The notes under the pieces were generated by a model. That model was not told the DNA's origin and made no database searches. It saw only the letters and a program-made list of their open reading frames with translations. A stretch of DNA of 64,000 bases from Candidatus Micrarchaeota archaeon (GTDB lineage: Archaea; Micrarchaeota; Micrarchaeia; Norongarragalinales; SBBD01): contig JAHJQN010000003.1 in assembly GCA_018819225.1 (NCBI GenBank), forward strand, positions 192,001-256,000. The letters run 5' to 3'. A program made the translations under genes and the position numbers. Shown piece after piece: positions 47,371 through 57,456 of this stretch; position 1 is the stretch's first letter, and every line of letters begins with the position of its first letter.

Positions 47371-47387
47371 CGTGCTCTCCCCCTCCC

Positions 47388-48047
47388 CTAATCGCGTTGC
47401 AGCGTGCGAATGCCAACCCATAACAAGGCCGCCAGGAAGAAGAACGCGAGCACCGCGACAATGTAGCGCGTGGAATCGTTTTCCAGTTCCTTTCCAATAT
47501 CCGTGACCTGACTCGCCAGGTCCGGCGGAAGCGGAGTCGGCGTGGCCAATTCAGCCGTTGGCTCCGGCAAAGGAGTAGGAGTCGGCGTGGCGTTTAACGA
47601 AGGCGCGGGAGGATCGAACTGGTTTTCGATTTTTAAGGGAATCTCCACGAAATTGTCGGAATTATCCACGTCCATTAAGGTAAAGACGGTCTCCGTGTTC
47701 GACCAAGGCTCGCGTGGCGTTGAACGCATGGAAATCACGGGCTCGCCCCAACCCAAACCCGTCTCGATCCGGGACGGGAAGAACTCGACGAGATGATTCT
47801 CCGACGTGGTTTCGTCCACGGAAATCGATACGCTGCACCCTCCTAAATCGCCTCCCAACGCATCGCCCTCGATATAAACCGTAAACGCGACGTCCAAGGA
47901 TTCGAGAGTGGGATGAACGATATGGAAATCGCTTTGCGAGGGCACGATTCCCAATGGGAACCCGTGCGCGCCCACAAAACTCTTGCACTCCGCCTGCGCG
48001 AACGGCAAGAGGAAAAGCGTCAGCACGATGAAATGGAGTATACGCAT
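47388..48047 (-). CDS. Secreted protein with Pro/Thr linker and C-terminal TM anchor
   Basis: Signal peptide ending AQA; beta-rich domain with a Cys pair; PTPTP linker; TM helix. Confidence 0.7.
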   Translation of the reverse strand: MRILHFIVLTLFLLPFAQAECKSFVGAHGFPLGIVPSQSDFHIVHPTLESLDVAFTVYIEGDALGGDLGGCSVSISVDETTSENHLVEFFPSRIETGLGWGEPVISMRSTPREPWSNTETVFTLMDVDNSDNFVEIPLKIENQFDPPAPSLNATPTPTPLPEPTAELATPTPLPPDLASQVTDIGKELENDSTRYIVAVLAFFFLAALLWVGIRTLQRD

Positions 48048-48055
48048 GTCATCAC

Positions 48056-49924
48056 TTAGAACGTCGGTCGCTTGCTTAAAGAAGAATGGAGGGAAAGGGG
48101 TTCAAAAGGCTTGTTAAAGCATTCATCGCGCACCAAGTTCCCTAGTTGATCCGCGGAAAGCATTTCACGCGCTTTCGTGGAACGCACGCGCACCGCCAAT
48201 TGCTGAGAAGCCATTTCCTGGTCTCCGACCACCGCCACGTACGGCACCCAATCCCGTTCGGCGTCCCGCACTTTTTTCTGAAGCGTTTCCGAGCGGTCGT
48301 CCAAATCAATGCGCACCCGATCGAAGGCCTTGCTTTGAAGCACTTTCGTACCATATTCAACATGTTTATCCGATACGGGAATCAACCGCACTTGAGTGGG
48401 GGCGAGCCAAAGAGGCAGCATCGGCGTTTTTCCTTCCCGGATATGACGGGCGGCTTGTTCCAGCAACGCGAATACGACGCGCTCGATCGCTCCCGGAATC
48501 GAGGCATGCAGAATCAAGGGATGCTGCTTCCGGCCTTTCGCGTCAATAAAAGTAATGTCAAAAGTCTTACCGTTTTCCACGTCGATTTGAACGGTACTCA
48601 ACCCCGAGGCCTTGTGCGCGTTGTCCACGAAATTCATCTCGAACTTCGTAATAAAATAGGCGTAACGTTCGTCGAATATTTCAAACAGCATGGGCTTCCC
48701 GATTTTCTCGACCATGCGACGGTACCATTCCTTATTCGACTCGAAAAAGTCTTTTTGTGCTCGAAACGCCGTCTCGAACGGAATGCCCAAATCCAGGTTC
48801 CAGTTCATGCACAAATGATACTGGCGCTCGAACTCTTCTTTCGCCATGTCTAAATGGCTGACCAGAGAATGCATGTCCGGCATGGAAAACGCGCGCAGGC
48901 GTTTCAGGCCCGCCAACTCCCCGCTCTGCTCCCTCCGAAAACTGTAATGCGTCAATTCGTAAAAGCGGAGCGGCAAGTGCTTGTACGTTATCGTCGCATC
49001 ATGCATCGCCAAAAATTGTCCGAAGCAAGCGGAAAACCGGAGGAAGAAATCCTTGTTGTCGCTCTTGACCGTGTATTGCCTTGCGGGAAAACGGTGCAGA
49101 TATTTTTTGAGCGCGGGATGCGCGTAATCATACATGATCGGCGTTTCCACTTGCATCGCGCCGTAATCCACGAGCAAGCGCGTGACGTATCGTTCCAACA
49201 ACCGCTTGATCACGAGGCCATTGGGAAGCCAGCGGAAATGACCGGAATCACTGGCCGGCTCGTAATCCACGAGTTGATGCTCTTTCATGAGCCGAATATG
49301 CGGGGGTTCCTGCGCGTACGTGCGCACTTTCTTGATCTCGTAATCCGCAAACCGCTTCAGGTGCTCATGACCCGAGTAATTAAATTCCGAGGCCGGAATC
49401 AGTTTTCCGTCCGGAGAGAAAATGAAGAAACGGCTTTTCACGTCCGCCTCTTGTTTTAATGACGTGGAAACCTCTTCCTCTTTTTTTGGCGCGGATACCC
49501 GCGTGTCGCCTCCAATGGTTTTGCTGAGCTCGGATAACGGGTGGCCCTTGCACTGCACTTCAAAGCTCTTGTACCAGCCAAACGGACTCTGGTCACAATC
49601 CGCAAACGCTTTCAAGTGCGCATGCAACTCGCCCAGCAACGGAACCGCATCGGACGGAGAAGCGAGATGGCTGCTGAGATGCGCGTACGGGTAAAGGAGA
49701 ATGCGTTCGGCCTTCACTTCCGCGAAATGTTTTTGAATGGCTTGCGAAGCCTGTTTCACTTCCGCGCTTCCATCCCCTGCTTCCAAAGAAACGAACACCA
49801 CCAATACGTTCCGGTATTCATGGCGCTTGCGCTGTTCGATCGGGACCTCTTCAAAGCCTTTCTTCAAGGCCTTTTTCTCGGCCTTATACGCGGCATGATC
49901 ACAGTGGAGTTGCAATAAACGCAT
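48056..49924 (-). CDS. thrS: Threonine--tRNA ligase (archaeal type with N-terminal editing domain)
   Basis: MRLLQLH, YPYAHLS, PFGWYKSF..CKGHPLSELS, LRFSACFG, FRREQSGE, STVQID, WLAPTQVR. Confidence 0.96.
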   Translation of the reverse strand: MRLLQLHCDHAAYKAEKKALKKGFEEVPIEQRKRHEYRNVLVVFVSLEAGDGSAEVKQASQAIQKHFAEVKAERILLYPYAHLSSHLASPSDAVPLLGELHAHLKAFADCDQSPFGWYKSFEVQCKGHPLSELSKTIGGDTRVSAPKKEEEVSTSLKQEADVKSRFFIFSPDGKLIPASEFNYSGHEHLKRFADYEIKKVRTYAQEPPHIRLMKEHQLVDYEPASDSGHFRWLPNGLVIKRLLERYVTRLLVDYGAMQVETPIMYDYAHPALKKYLHRFPARQYTVKSDNKDFFLRFSACFGQFLAMHDATITYKHLPLRFYELTHYSFRREQSGELAGLKRLRAFSMPDMHSLVSHLDMAKEEFERQYHLCMNWNLDLGIPFETAFRAQKDFFESNKEWYRRMVEKIGKPMLFEIFDERYAYFITKFEMNFVDNAHKASGLSTVQIDVENGKTFDITFIDAKGRKQHPLILHASIPGAIERVVFALLEQAARHIREGKTPMLPLWLAPTQVRLIPVSDKHVEYGTKVLQSKAFDRVRIDLDDRSETLQKKVRDAERDWVPYVAVVGDQEMASQQLAVRVRSTKAREMLSADQLGNLVRDECFNKPFEPLSLHSSLSKRPTF

Positions 49925-50075
49925 ACGAATTCACGCAAACGCTACTAGAACAGCGAAACGAATTAAAAAGCGGTTCCATACCCATCAGAATGCTTCGTCC
50001 TATGAACCAAACGAGGGCATAGATTAATAAACGTGGTTCGATTGTAACTGCTTCCCATCTTTGAAGGTTAGAAAC

Positions 50076-50510
50076 ATGAATGCGGAAGAACGAACGCTAA
50101 TGGCCGTGGTCGAACGCAGCGACCGAACGAAGACGCCGAGTATTTCTCCGTTCAAAGGCGCCACGCTCATGGTGTTGAGATTCCTATTCATCAACGGCCA
50201 AGGCTACCCCACTCAAATTGCACGCCATTGCAAGATCACGGCGGCTCGCAGCTGCCAAGTGCTGAAAGATCTGGAGAAAAAAGGAGTGGTGCAAAGCACG
50301 TGCAAGGAAGAAAACTGCCGCTATTGCGACGCCACGGGAAGAAAGAACTACGGCACGCAGGCCGCCGACTGCATTTACTGCAAAGGTTCGGGCACCCTCA
50401 AAGAAAAAACGTATCCGTTGGTATATCGAATCGCTGAAAAGTCCAAACCAGCCGTCTTCAACGTCTTCAACGCCATCTACGAAATCAGCCTCCACCAACA
50501 GAAGGCTTAG
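50076..50510 (+). CDS. Winged-helix DNA-binding protein with DnaJ-type zinc finger inserted in the wing
   Basis: VLRFL...YPTQIARHCKITAARSCQVLKDLEKKGVV, then CRYCDATG...CIYCKGSG, then LVYRI. Confidence 0.75.
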   Translation: MNAEERTLMAVVERSDRTKTPSISPFKGATLMVLRFLFINGQGYPTQIARHCKITAARSCQVLKDLEKKGVVQSTCKEENCRYCDATGRKNYGTQAADCIYCKGSGTLKEKTYPLVYRIAEKSKPAVFNVFNAIYEISLHQQKA

Positions 50511-50566
50511 GCGCTGGGGAAAGGGCTTTTAAGCGTCGGCACGTCTTACTCAACCAGGGACAGGGC

Positions 50567-51082
50567 ATGGAAGGAAAAAAGTGGTACCTGATATTCTACG
50601 ACATCAAAGGATCCAAGGCGTTTGCCAAAAGCACGTTCCGCAGCAAGATCTCGCGCGTGCTCTCGCGCACCACGATCCTGCCACTCCAGCAAAGCGTGTG
50701 GGCCATCGAGTCCACGGAAGCCAACAAGGAAGTCGTTGATAAAGTCGTGGACCTCCTCAAAGCCCAGAACGCGAAAGTACTCTTGTTTGAAGGCTGGCCG
50801 ACCTTACCCTCCACCCATGCGGATGTCAATGAAATGGTCGGCAGTCGCATGGACCAAAAATACGAGATCTTGAAAGGACAAGTGCTCGACCTGAAATCGA
50901 AAGTCAAGAAAGCCGAGAATCGGGAAAAAAGAAAACGCGAGTTTGCATCCGAGGCCTTGAAGCTTCGAAGAAAATTCGATCGCCTGGTCACCATGGATCC
51001 GAGAGACATGATCTCCAACAACCGTACGCTCATCGAAGGGGAGTTCTTCGACCTCGAAAAAGAAATCAACGAGCTTCCCTAA
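50567..51082 (+). CDS. Cas2/PaaX-central/ChrB-N-like ferredoxin-fold protein with C-terminal helical bundle
   Basis: WYLIFYDI...FRSKISRVL...LQQSVW, followed by a helical region with RRKFDRLVTMDP. Confidence 0.7.
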   Translation: MEGKKWYLIFYDIKGSKAFAKSTFRSKISRVLSRTTILPLQQSVWAIESTEANKEVVDKVVDLLKAQNAKVLLFEGWPTLPSTHADVNEMVGSRMDQKYEILKGQVLDLKSKVKKAENREKRKREFASEALKLRRKFDRLVTMDPRDMISNNRTLIEGEFFDLEKEINELP

Positions 51083-51109
51083 TGTAGAACCACTACTGGC
51101 GTACGGGTT

Positions 51110-51718
51110 TTAGGAAGCGATCGTAATGGCTGCGCAACCTCTTTCCTTCTCGATTCGCTTGATCAACCGCATCAGCCACAATCCTGAAAGCCGTATCGTT
51201 GTCCGTACCCACCCGCGGTTTAATTCGCTCATTATAAATCGAATGGACGATGGCGCGCGCACTCTCCGTCGCACGCGTAATTCAAAGACGACGCTGCGCG
51301 GATGCGGGATCGCATAGGCTAAACGGGAACTCCACGGTTCCGGAAGCCGGAGCTTTCGAATACCGGCTTCCACTGTGGGACGGGCGCGCTTTTTCCGAAG
51401 ATAAGCGCGACGCCACATCCTCCAAGCCTCCCGCCCCGATACCTCTGGAGATTCGATGGAATGTATTCGCCGTTCTTCTTCAGACTTCCTCGTCCTTGAG
51501 GCCCTGGTTTTTGAATTTGATTCTTGGCGCCGTTCAATGAAGAGCTCTTGAGACGGCCATAGGGCCATCAGAACGCTTTTCGTCAACATCTGTTTGAATT
51601 GGAGCGCAAACGCAGGATCTCCCAGGGAAACACGCGCAGTGGAATAAAACGAGGGAGGCATATGCGAGACGGTGAGCGTGTCTATGAGTAACCGCGACCG
51701 ATTCCATTCCGGTGCCAT
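51110..51718 (-). CDS. Hypothetical Arg-rich orphan protein
   Basis: Longest ORF in the gap; AT-rich TATA-like element about 25-30 nt upstream of ATG 51718; no motif recognised. Confidence 0.45.
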   Translation of the reverse strand: MAPEWNRSRLLIDTLTVSHMPPSFYSTARVSLGDPAFALQFKQMLTKSVLMALWPSQELFIERRQESNSKTRASRTRKSEEERRIHSIESPEVSGREAWRMWRRAYLRKKRARPTVEAGIRKLRLPEPWSSRLAYAIPHPRSVVFELRVRRRVRAPSSIRFIMSELNRGWVRTTIRLSGLWLMRLIKRIEKERGCAAITIAS

Positions 51719-51786
51719 AATAGAAAGTCGACGGATCATCTTTTAATATTGAGGGGTTCATTCACACGGTTATCACATTTTTTCGC

Positions 51787-52122
51787 GTGAAAACCTTGAA
51801 GCAATTTATTGACGATCTAAAACGAAATAGGTGCCGCGTGCTCTCGCTCTCGTTCAAGAGCCCGTCGCTCATCTTCTTGAAAGTCGAGCCCCCGCAATCC
51901 TCGGAAAAGGTCGGAGGCTTCTTGCTCCCGCAAGCTCTGCCCAATCAACCCATTCTCATGCTCCAACTTCGTTTGAATACAGAGATTTCATACGAGGAAA
52001 ACGAGCCCGGGGTATTTGACGTGCGCATCGAGAACCCTCGAAAACCATTTACTGAACAGGAGTTGAAGGCGTTGGCTGCGCAAGAGTCCATTCAATTCAT
52101 TAAAGCGAAAAACGGCGGATAG
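51787..52122 (+). CDS. Hypothetical protein (111 aa)
   Basis: Codirectional and tightly packed with the next two genes. Confidence 0.5.
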   Translation: MKTLKQFIDDLKRNRCRVLSLSFKSPSLIFLKVEPPQSSEKVGGFLLPQALPNQPILMLQLRLNTEISYEENEPGVFDVRIENPRKPFTEQELKALAAQESIQFIKAKNGG

Positions 52123-52128
52123 ACGCGG

Positions 52129-52503
52129 ATGGAAAAATTCCTACAACACTTGTCGAAAATGCCGGAAATAGAGATTCGCGAAATCCGTTTCGGGCCTGCA
52201 CGCGAAGGTATCACGCACATGGGCTTTCCGGGATTTGAAATTCGCGTAACGCTCAAGAAACCGGGGAAACCCCCTCAAGGTAAAGCCGACACGCCCGAAC
52301 GTTATCGGTTAGCCGTACTCGTTAAACGGGCCCAACACCTTAGCGGGAAAACCACTTCTTTTTCGGCGTTGTCCACGGCGGAAATGCCTCGGGCCAAAGA
52401 GCACATCGTCTTCGCGTCCCACCCCGATGTCACGAATCCGGAACAAGCCATCGCATTGCTTAAAAAGCTGGAGTTGCATCATTTATACGAGGGATCCGCA
52501 TGA
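52129..52503 (+). CDS. Hypothetical protein (124 aa)
   Basis: Starts 6 nt after the previous stop; ATGA overlap with prs. Confidence 0.55.
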   Translation: MEKFLQHLSKMPEIEIREIRFGPAREGITHMGFPGFEIRVTLKKPGKPPQGKADTPERYRLAVLVKRAQHLSGKTTSFSALSTAEMPRAKEHIVFASHPDVTNPEQAIALLKKLELHHLYEGSA

Positions 52504-53444
52504 AACTCGAGCGCATGAAACTGATTACGGGGAACTCGAACGTCACACTCGCCCGAGAAGTGTCGGCGTTCTTAAGCTCGAAGCTTGCGCACTGTACGGT
52601 TTCAAGGTTTTCCGATTCGGAAGTGCACGTGCAAATCGATGAAAGCATTCGCGGATCCGACGTGTTCGTGATCCAAAGCACGTGTCCTCCGGTCAACGAT
52701 CACCTCATGGAACTCCTGATCGTGTTGGATGCGTTACGCCGCGCGTCCGCCAGCCGCATCACCGCCGTTATCCCTTATTATGGTTACGCACGCCAAGACC
52801 GGAAAGCGCATCCCCGCCAACCCATCAGCGCTAAACTCGTTGCGAACTTGATTTCCACTGCCGGGGCCAACCGCGTCATGACCATTGATTTTCACAGCGA
52901 TCAATTGCAGGGATTCTTTGACATTCAAGTGGACAACTTGTCTGCCATCAACCTGCTGGCGGACGAATTCGTGAAGCGCCAACGCGGTCCGCTCGTCGTG
53001 GTGGCGCCGGATGTCGGCGGAACCGTCCGAGCGCGACGGTTTGCCAAGCGCGTGAATGCTCCGCTAGCCATCATCGAAAAGCGGCGCCTGAAGCCCAACC
53101 AATCCGAGGTCATGAACGTGATCGGTGACGTGAAAGACAAGCACGCCATACTAGTCGATGACATGATCGATACCGCCGGAACCATCGTGCAAGCAGCGGG
53201 CGCCCTCAAGAATGCAGGGGCTAAAGACGTGTACGCGTGCGCCTCGCACGGCGTCTTTTCCGGATCCGCGTTCGACCGCCTCGACCGAAGCGTGATCAAA
53301 GAGGTCATCGTTACCGACACGATTCCGTTGAGGGGTTCGAAGAAGAAAACCCGTAAAATCCGCCAAGTCGGCGTGGGACAACTCCTGGCGGAAGCGATTC
53401 GGAGAACGCACGAGGATGAAAGCGTGAGCATCCTCTTCCACTAA
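52500..53444 (+). CDS. prs: Ribose-phosphate pyrophosphokinase
   Basis: RFSDSE, PYYGYARQDRK, DFHSDQLQGFF, APDVGG, VDDMIDTAGT, ESVSILF. Confidence 0.96.
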   Translation: MKLERMKLITGNSNVTLAREVSAFLSSKLAHCTVSRFSDSEVHVQIDESIRGSDVFVIQSTCPPVNDHLMELLIVLDALRRASASRITAVIPYYGYARQDRKAHPRQPISAKLVANLISTAGANRVMTIDFHSDQLQGFFDIQVDNLSAINLLADEFVKRQRGPLVVVAPDVGGTVRARRFAKRVNAPLAIIEKRRLKPNQSEVMNVIGDVKDKHAILVDDMIDTAGTIVQAAGALKNAGAKDVYACASHGVFSGSAFDRLDRSVIKEVIVTDTIPLRGSKKKTRKIRQVGVGQLLAEAIRRTHEDESVSILFH

Positions 53445-53448
53445 TACC

Positions 53449-53841
53449 CTAATCGATGCGCAACAACTTACCTCCTTTTTCCGAGACACTTAATTTGGGA
53501 ACGCGGAGCTCTAACTTCCCGTCTTTAAAGACGGAAATCGCGAGATCCGGATTCACTTCCTCGGGGAAGGGGATCACGCGCTTGAACTCCTCCAAATAGG
53601 CAGCTGAAAACGTGCTGTCCTCGAAATCCCGCGATTCCTTGCGATGCGTCAACCCCCGTATAGAAACCGAATCCGGATAAACAATGACTTTCAAATCCTC
53701 TTTCCGCATCCCGTTAACATCCGCTGCAACAATAAACGCGTCCGGTTCCTCCCTTAGCGTCGCGCGAGGAAGCGGTTTCGGCCGTTCAAAAAAGTCAGGA
53801 TACGCGGGTTCAAAGCCATCAAAATGCATTAGATCCATCAT
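53449..53841 (-). CDS. Small heat-shock protein (Hsp20/alpha-crystallin)
   Basis: VAADVNGMRKEDL, FKRVIPFPEEV, FKDGKLELRVPK; GAGGTG RBS before ATG 53841. Confidence 0.92.
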   Translation of the reverse strand: MMDLMHFDGFEPAYPDFFERPKPLPRATLREEPDAFIVAADVNGMRKEDLKVIVYPDSVSIRGLTHRKESRDFEDSTFSAAYLEEFKRVIPFPEEVNPDLAISVFKDGKLELRVPKLSVSEKGGKLLRID

Positions 53842-53864
53842 GCGTAACACCTCATATATATAAC

Positions 53865-53917
53865 AGCAGAGTACTTGTTTTGTTAAGTAATTTACTGTTT
53901 GTAACCAGTATATTACT
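53865..53917. promoter_or_regulatory. Three phased palindromic operator-like sites AG(T/C)A-N3-TACT
   Basis: AGCAGAGTACT (53865), AGTAATTTACT (53886) and AGTATATTACT (53907): exact 21-bp period, immediately upstream of TATA box TTTATAAA (53925-53932). Confidence 0.7.
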
Positions 53918-53963
53918 ACAACTATTTATAAAGGTTTCCGTGCATAGTTTAATGAGAAGCCGT

Positions 53964-54365
53964 ATGGCTGAAGAACCCAAAATCATCACCATCAGGCGCA
54001 TCGAACGCCCCCGGAGAAGCACGCCGGAAGACGAACTCGACTGGCTATGCAAATGTTTCGGATTTTCGGAACAAGATGATCTGCGAAAACACATCCTGCA
54101 GGAAATCTTGGAAGCCGAGCGCCAAGAACGCGGAGTGCGCAGCCATAACATCAGCATAAAAATGCATGTGACGCGCGGAGGCGCCGTATACCACTTGAAC
54201 AAAATGATCGAAAGCGGGCTCATCGTGCGCAACGGAAGGGAATACGAGCTCCGTGGACAGAATCTGGAACAAACGTTGGAGGAAATGGAGGAAGACATGT
54301 TGCGCATGTTCAAGCGCATGCGAAACATTGCCAAGGAACTGGATGAGGACATGGGACTCCAGTAA
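53964..54365 (+). CDS. ArsR-like winged-helix transcriptional regulator, first gene of the grpE-dnaK operon
   Basis: VRSHNISIKMHVTRGGAVYHLNKMIESGLIVRNGREYEL HTH-wing plus C-terminal amphipathic helix; alternative ATG at 53952. Confidence 0.85.
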   Translation: MAEEPKIITIRRIERPRRSTPEDELDWLCKCFGFSEQDDLRKHILQEILEAERQERGVRSHNISIKMHVTRGGAVYHLNKMIESGLIVRNGREYELRGQNLEQTLEEMEEDMLRMFKRMRNIAKELDEDMGLQ

Positions 54366-54395
54366 TCCGAGTCCAGCCATTGAGAGGATATCACC

Positions 54396-54938
54396 ATGAG
54401 CAACGATCGTCACGCCGAAAATCCGGCACCCGAAAAAAAGGAACTGCCGAAAGAGAAGAGTGCGGAAGAATGCGCGCAGGAGTATTTGACGCGATTGAAA
54501 TACCTGGCAGCCGAATTCGATAATTACAAGAAACAAATGGCGAAAGAAAAGGAGAATTGGATGAACGCAGGACAAACGCAGCTCATCGCCGAACTCATAC
54601 CGACCTTGGACGAATTTGATGCCGCCCTGGAATCGATGAAAAAAGCTCCGGTGTCAAACGAGGCCGTTGCCGGTGTGGAAATCGTGCAGAAAAACATGCA
54701 TCGCATGCTCCGTGAAAAAGGTTTGAAACAGGTGGAGACTCACGGAAAGCGTTTCGACCCGCACCAGCACGAAGCCATCGCCTATGAAGCGGTCGGAGAA
54801 CAAGAGCCCGCGAACCATATTCTCCGCGTGATTCAAACCGGATATGAAATCAATGGAATACTCATCCGACCAGCTCAAGTGGTCGTATCGAAACACAACG
54901 CGCCCGAAAAAGGGGGAAAAAAAGGTGAACCACCATGA
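54396..54938 (+). CDS. grpE: Nucleotide exchange factor GrpE
   Basis: [39 protein letters not shown]. Confidence 0.95.
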   Translation: MSNDRHAENPAPEKKELPKEKSAEECAQEYLTRLKYLAAEFDNYKKQMAKEKENWMNAGQTQLIAELIPTLDEFDAALESMKKAPVSNEAVAGVEIVQKNMHRMLREKGLKQVETHGKRFDPHQHEAIAYEAVGEQEPANHILRVIQTGYEINGILIRPAQVVVSKHNAPEKGGKKGEPP

Positions 54939-56773
54939 TAGAAAAAATTCTCGGAATCGATTTAGGAACCAGCAACAGCGCCGCCTCCGTCCTCGATGCC
55001 GGACGGCCCATGATTATTCCAGCCGCCGAAGGCACGACCATCGGCGGAAAAGCGTTTCCGAGCTACGTGGCGTTCACGAAGGAAGGCGACATGCTCGTGG
55101 GCGAGCCCGCTCGCAGACAAATGGTGACGAATCCCGACGGAACCGTCTACGCAGCCAAACGAAAAATCGGATCCGATTTCATTTATTCCATCCGGGGAAA
55201 AACGTATACGCCTCAACAAATTTCCGCATTTCTGTTGCAGAAGATCAAGAAGGATGCCGAAGCGTTTCTAGGCGTGCCCGTCCGCAAAGCCGTTATCACG
55301 GTACCGGCATACTTCAACGACAACCAGCGTCAGGCGACGAAAGATGCGGGAACCATTGCCGGACTCGAGGTCGTCCGCATCATCAACGAGCCCACCGCGG
55401 CGTCTCTCGCATTCGGTTTAGACAAAGGCGATAAAGAAGAATTGATCCTCGTCTTCGATTTCGGGGGGGGAACACTCGACGTCACCGTCATGGAGTTCGG
55501 AAAAGGCGTGTTTGAAGTGAAAAGTACGTCGGGAGACACGCAACTCGGCGGCACGGACATGGATAACGTCCTCATCGAATACGTTGCCCAGGAGTTCAGT
55601 AAAAAAGAAGGCGCCGACTTGAGGCAAGACGGGACCGCGATGACGCGATTGCGTGAAGCCGTTGAAAAAGCGAAGATGGAACTCTCGACGACCACCAGCA
55701 CGGACATCAACTTGCCATTCATTACGTCCGTGGGAGGTAAACCCAGGCATCTACAACTCCCCCTCTCTCGCGCCAAGCTCGAGCAGCTCGTGCGCCCGAT
55801 TGTCGAACGATGCCGCAATCCATTACATCGCGCGCTCTCGGATGCGAAACTGGAGGCAACAGACATTAACCGAGTCATTCTCGTGGGAGGACCCACGCGC
55901 ATGCCGCTCGTACAACAATTCGTGGAAGAAGAGCTCGGAAAGAAAATCGAGCGCGGCGTGGACCCCATGGAATGCGTGGCCAGTGGGGCTGCCATTCAAG
56001 CCGGGGTGCTCGCTGGTGAAGTCAAGGACGTCCTGCTGCTCGACGTCACCCCCTTATCCCTCGGCATTGAAACGTTGGGCGGGGTATTCACAAAAATTAT
56101 CGGCCGCAACACCACCATTCCCACGAAACACAGCCAAGTGTTTTCAACGGCCGCCGATATGCAAACCGCGGTCGACATTCACGTGCTGCAAGGCGAACGC
56201 GCCATGTCGAAAGACAACGTGGAGCTCGGGCATTTTCAACTCGTTGGCATTCCGCCGGCCCCCCGCGGCATTCCGCAAGTCGAGGTCGCATTCGACATCG
56301 ATGCGAACGGGATTCTGCACGTGTTGGCGAAAGACAAGGGAACCGGAAAAGAGCAGAAGATTCAAATCACGGCTCCGCACAAGCTCCCGAAAAGCGACGT
56401 GGAACGCATGATGAAGGAAGCCGAGCAGTTTGCATCTCAAGACCAGAAACGAAAGGCCGATGTCGACGTCATCAATGAAGCGGACGCCATCGCGTACTCG
56501 GCCGAACAGATGCTGGAGCAATTCAAGGACAAGATTTCCGCGGAACAGAAAACGAAAATTACGGAGGAAGCGGCCTCGATTCGAAAATTGATCGCGGAAA
56601 AGAACACCGAGGCATTGAAGCCGAAAGTCGATGAAATCAAAAAGCTCGTCCAAAGCATTGGAGCCAGCTTTTACCAACCGCAGCAAGAACCCCATACGCC
56701 CCCGAAAGGAAACGGTTCGGAAAAGATCGTTGACGCCGAGTATTCCGTGGAAGACGAAGAAAAGAAGGACTAG
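54935..56773 (+). CDS. dnaK: Chaperone DnaK (Hsp70)
   Basis: [56 protein letters not shown]. Confidence 0.98.
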   Translation: MIEKILGIDLGTSNSAASVLDAGRPMIIPAAEGTTIGGKAFPSYVAFTKEGDMLVGEPARRQMVTNPDGTVYAAKRKIGSDFIYSIRGKTYTPQQISAFLLQKIKKDAEAFLGVPVRKAVITVPAYFNDNQRQATKDAGTIAGLEVVRIINEPTAASLAFGLDKGDKEELILVFDFGGGTLDVTVMEFGKGVFEVKSTSGDTQLGGTDMDNVLIEYVAQEFSKKEGADLRQDGTAMTRLREAVEKAKMELSTTTSTDINLPFITSVGGKPRHLQLPLSRAKLEQLVRPIVERCRNPLHRALSDAKLEATDINRVILVGGPTRMPLVQQFVEEELGKKIERGVDPMECVASGAAIQAGVLAGEVKDVLLLDVTPLSLGIETLGGVFTKIIGRNTTIPTKHSQVFSTAADMQTAVDIHVLQGERAMSKDNVELGHFQLVGIPPAPRGIPQVEVAFDIDANGILHVLAKDKGTGKEQKIQITAPHKLPKSDVERMMKEAEQFASQDQKRKADVDVINEADAIAYSAEQMLEQFKDKISAEQKTKITEEAASIRKLIAEKNTEALKPKVDEIKKLVQSIGASFYQPQQEPHTPPKGNGSEKIVDAEYSVEDEEKKD

Positions 56774-57456
56774 CGCTTCCGGTGCCGACGCTGAATGGCG
56801 TCGCGGACGCTCTGGCGGTCCCCTTCCTTCTGCGCCACAAGCTCCCGATACGTCGTCGAGTCCAGTTCGCGCTTCATAAAACGAATGTGAAGTTCTTTCA
56901 GCTCGCGATCCAAACGCGCCAAGTCCTTCCGCATATCCTTGACTTCCCGACGCGTACGTGTGACGCGTCGGAACCCGAAGAACAATCCGTACGCCCCCAC
57001 CAATACGATGATCGCGCCCACGGCGTAATAAACCGGCAGTCCATCCGGAGGAGCTCGTTGTTGAAACGTCGTCACCTGAACCGGCACGCCCTCAAACAAC
57101 TCCAATAAGTACGATCCGGATCCTTGCGCCGATTGAAGGGTCAAACGATACGTTCCGCGGACCGGTGGCGACACCACACAGGAAAACTCGGTGTCTAAAA
57201 CTCGCGCGCACGCGCATGCGGAAGGCCCCGTGCACACGATATCCGTTAACGGAAGGGATACGTTTCCAATCAATGAAAGGGATTCACCGAGCACGACTCC
57301 GCCCGGAGGGTATATCAATGAACGCAATTCAACGACCGGCCTATCTTCTTCCGGAATCAAATCGGTCAGGTTGAGAAAATAGAAATCCGTGAGCTCTTGT
57401 TGCGCCAACGACGTAGATGCCAGGACGACGAGCAGGATACCCAGGACTCGCCTCAT
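56770..57456 (-). CDS. Single-pass membrane protein: small Cys-containing extracellular domain plus cytoplasmic coiled coil
   Basis: Signal peptide; [10 protein letters not shown]...FSC; TM helix; charged helical tail. Confidence 0.65.
   Translation of the reverse strand: MRRVLGILLVVLASTSLAQQELTDFYFLNLTDLIPEEDRPVVELRSLIYPPGGVVLGESLSLIGNVSLPLTDIVCTGPSACACARVLDTEFSCVVSPPVRGTYRLTLQSAQGSGSYLLELFEGVPVQVTTFQQRAPPDGLPVYYAVGAIIVLVGAYGLFFGFRRVTRTRREVKDMRKDLARLDRELKELHIRFMKRELDSTTYRELVAQKEGDRQSVRDAIQRRHRKR

Noticed and set aside
50400-51800. CRISPR array near the Cas2-like gene
   Set aside because: No regularly spaced direct repeats and no cas1 or other cas genes were seen here or elsewhere in the window.
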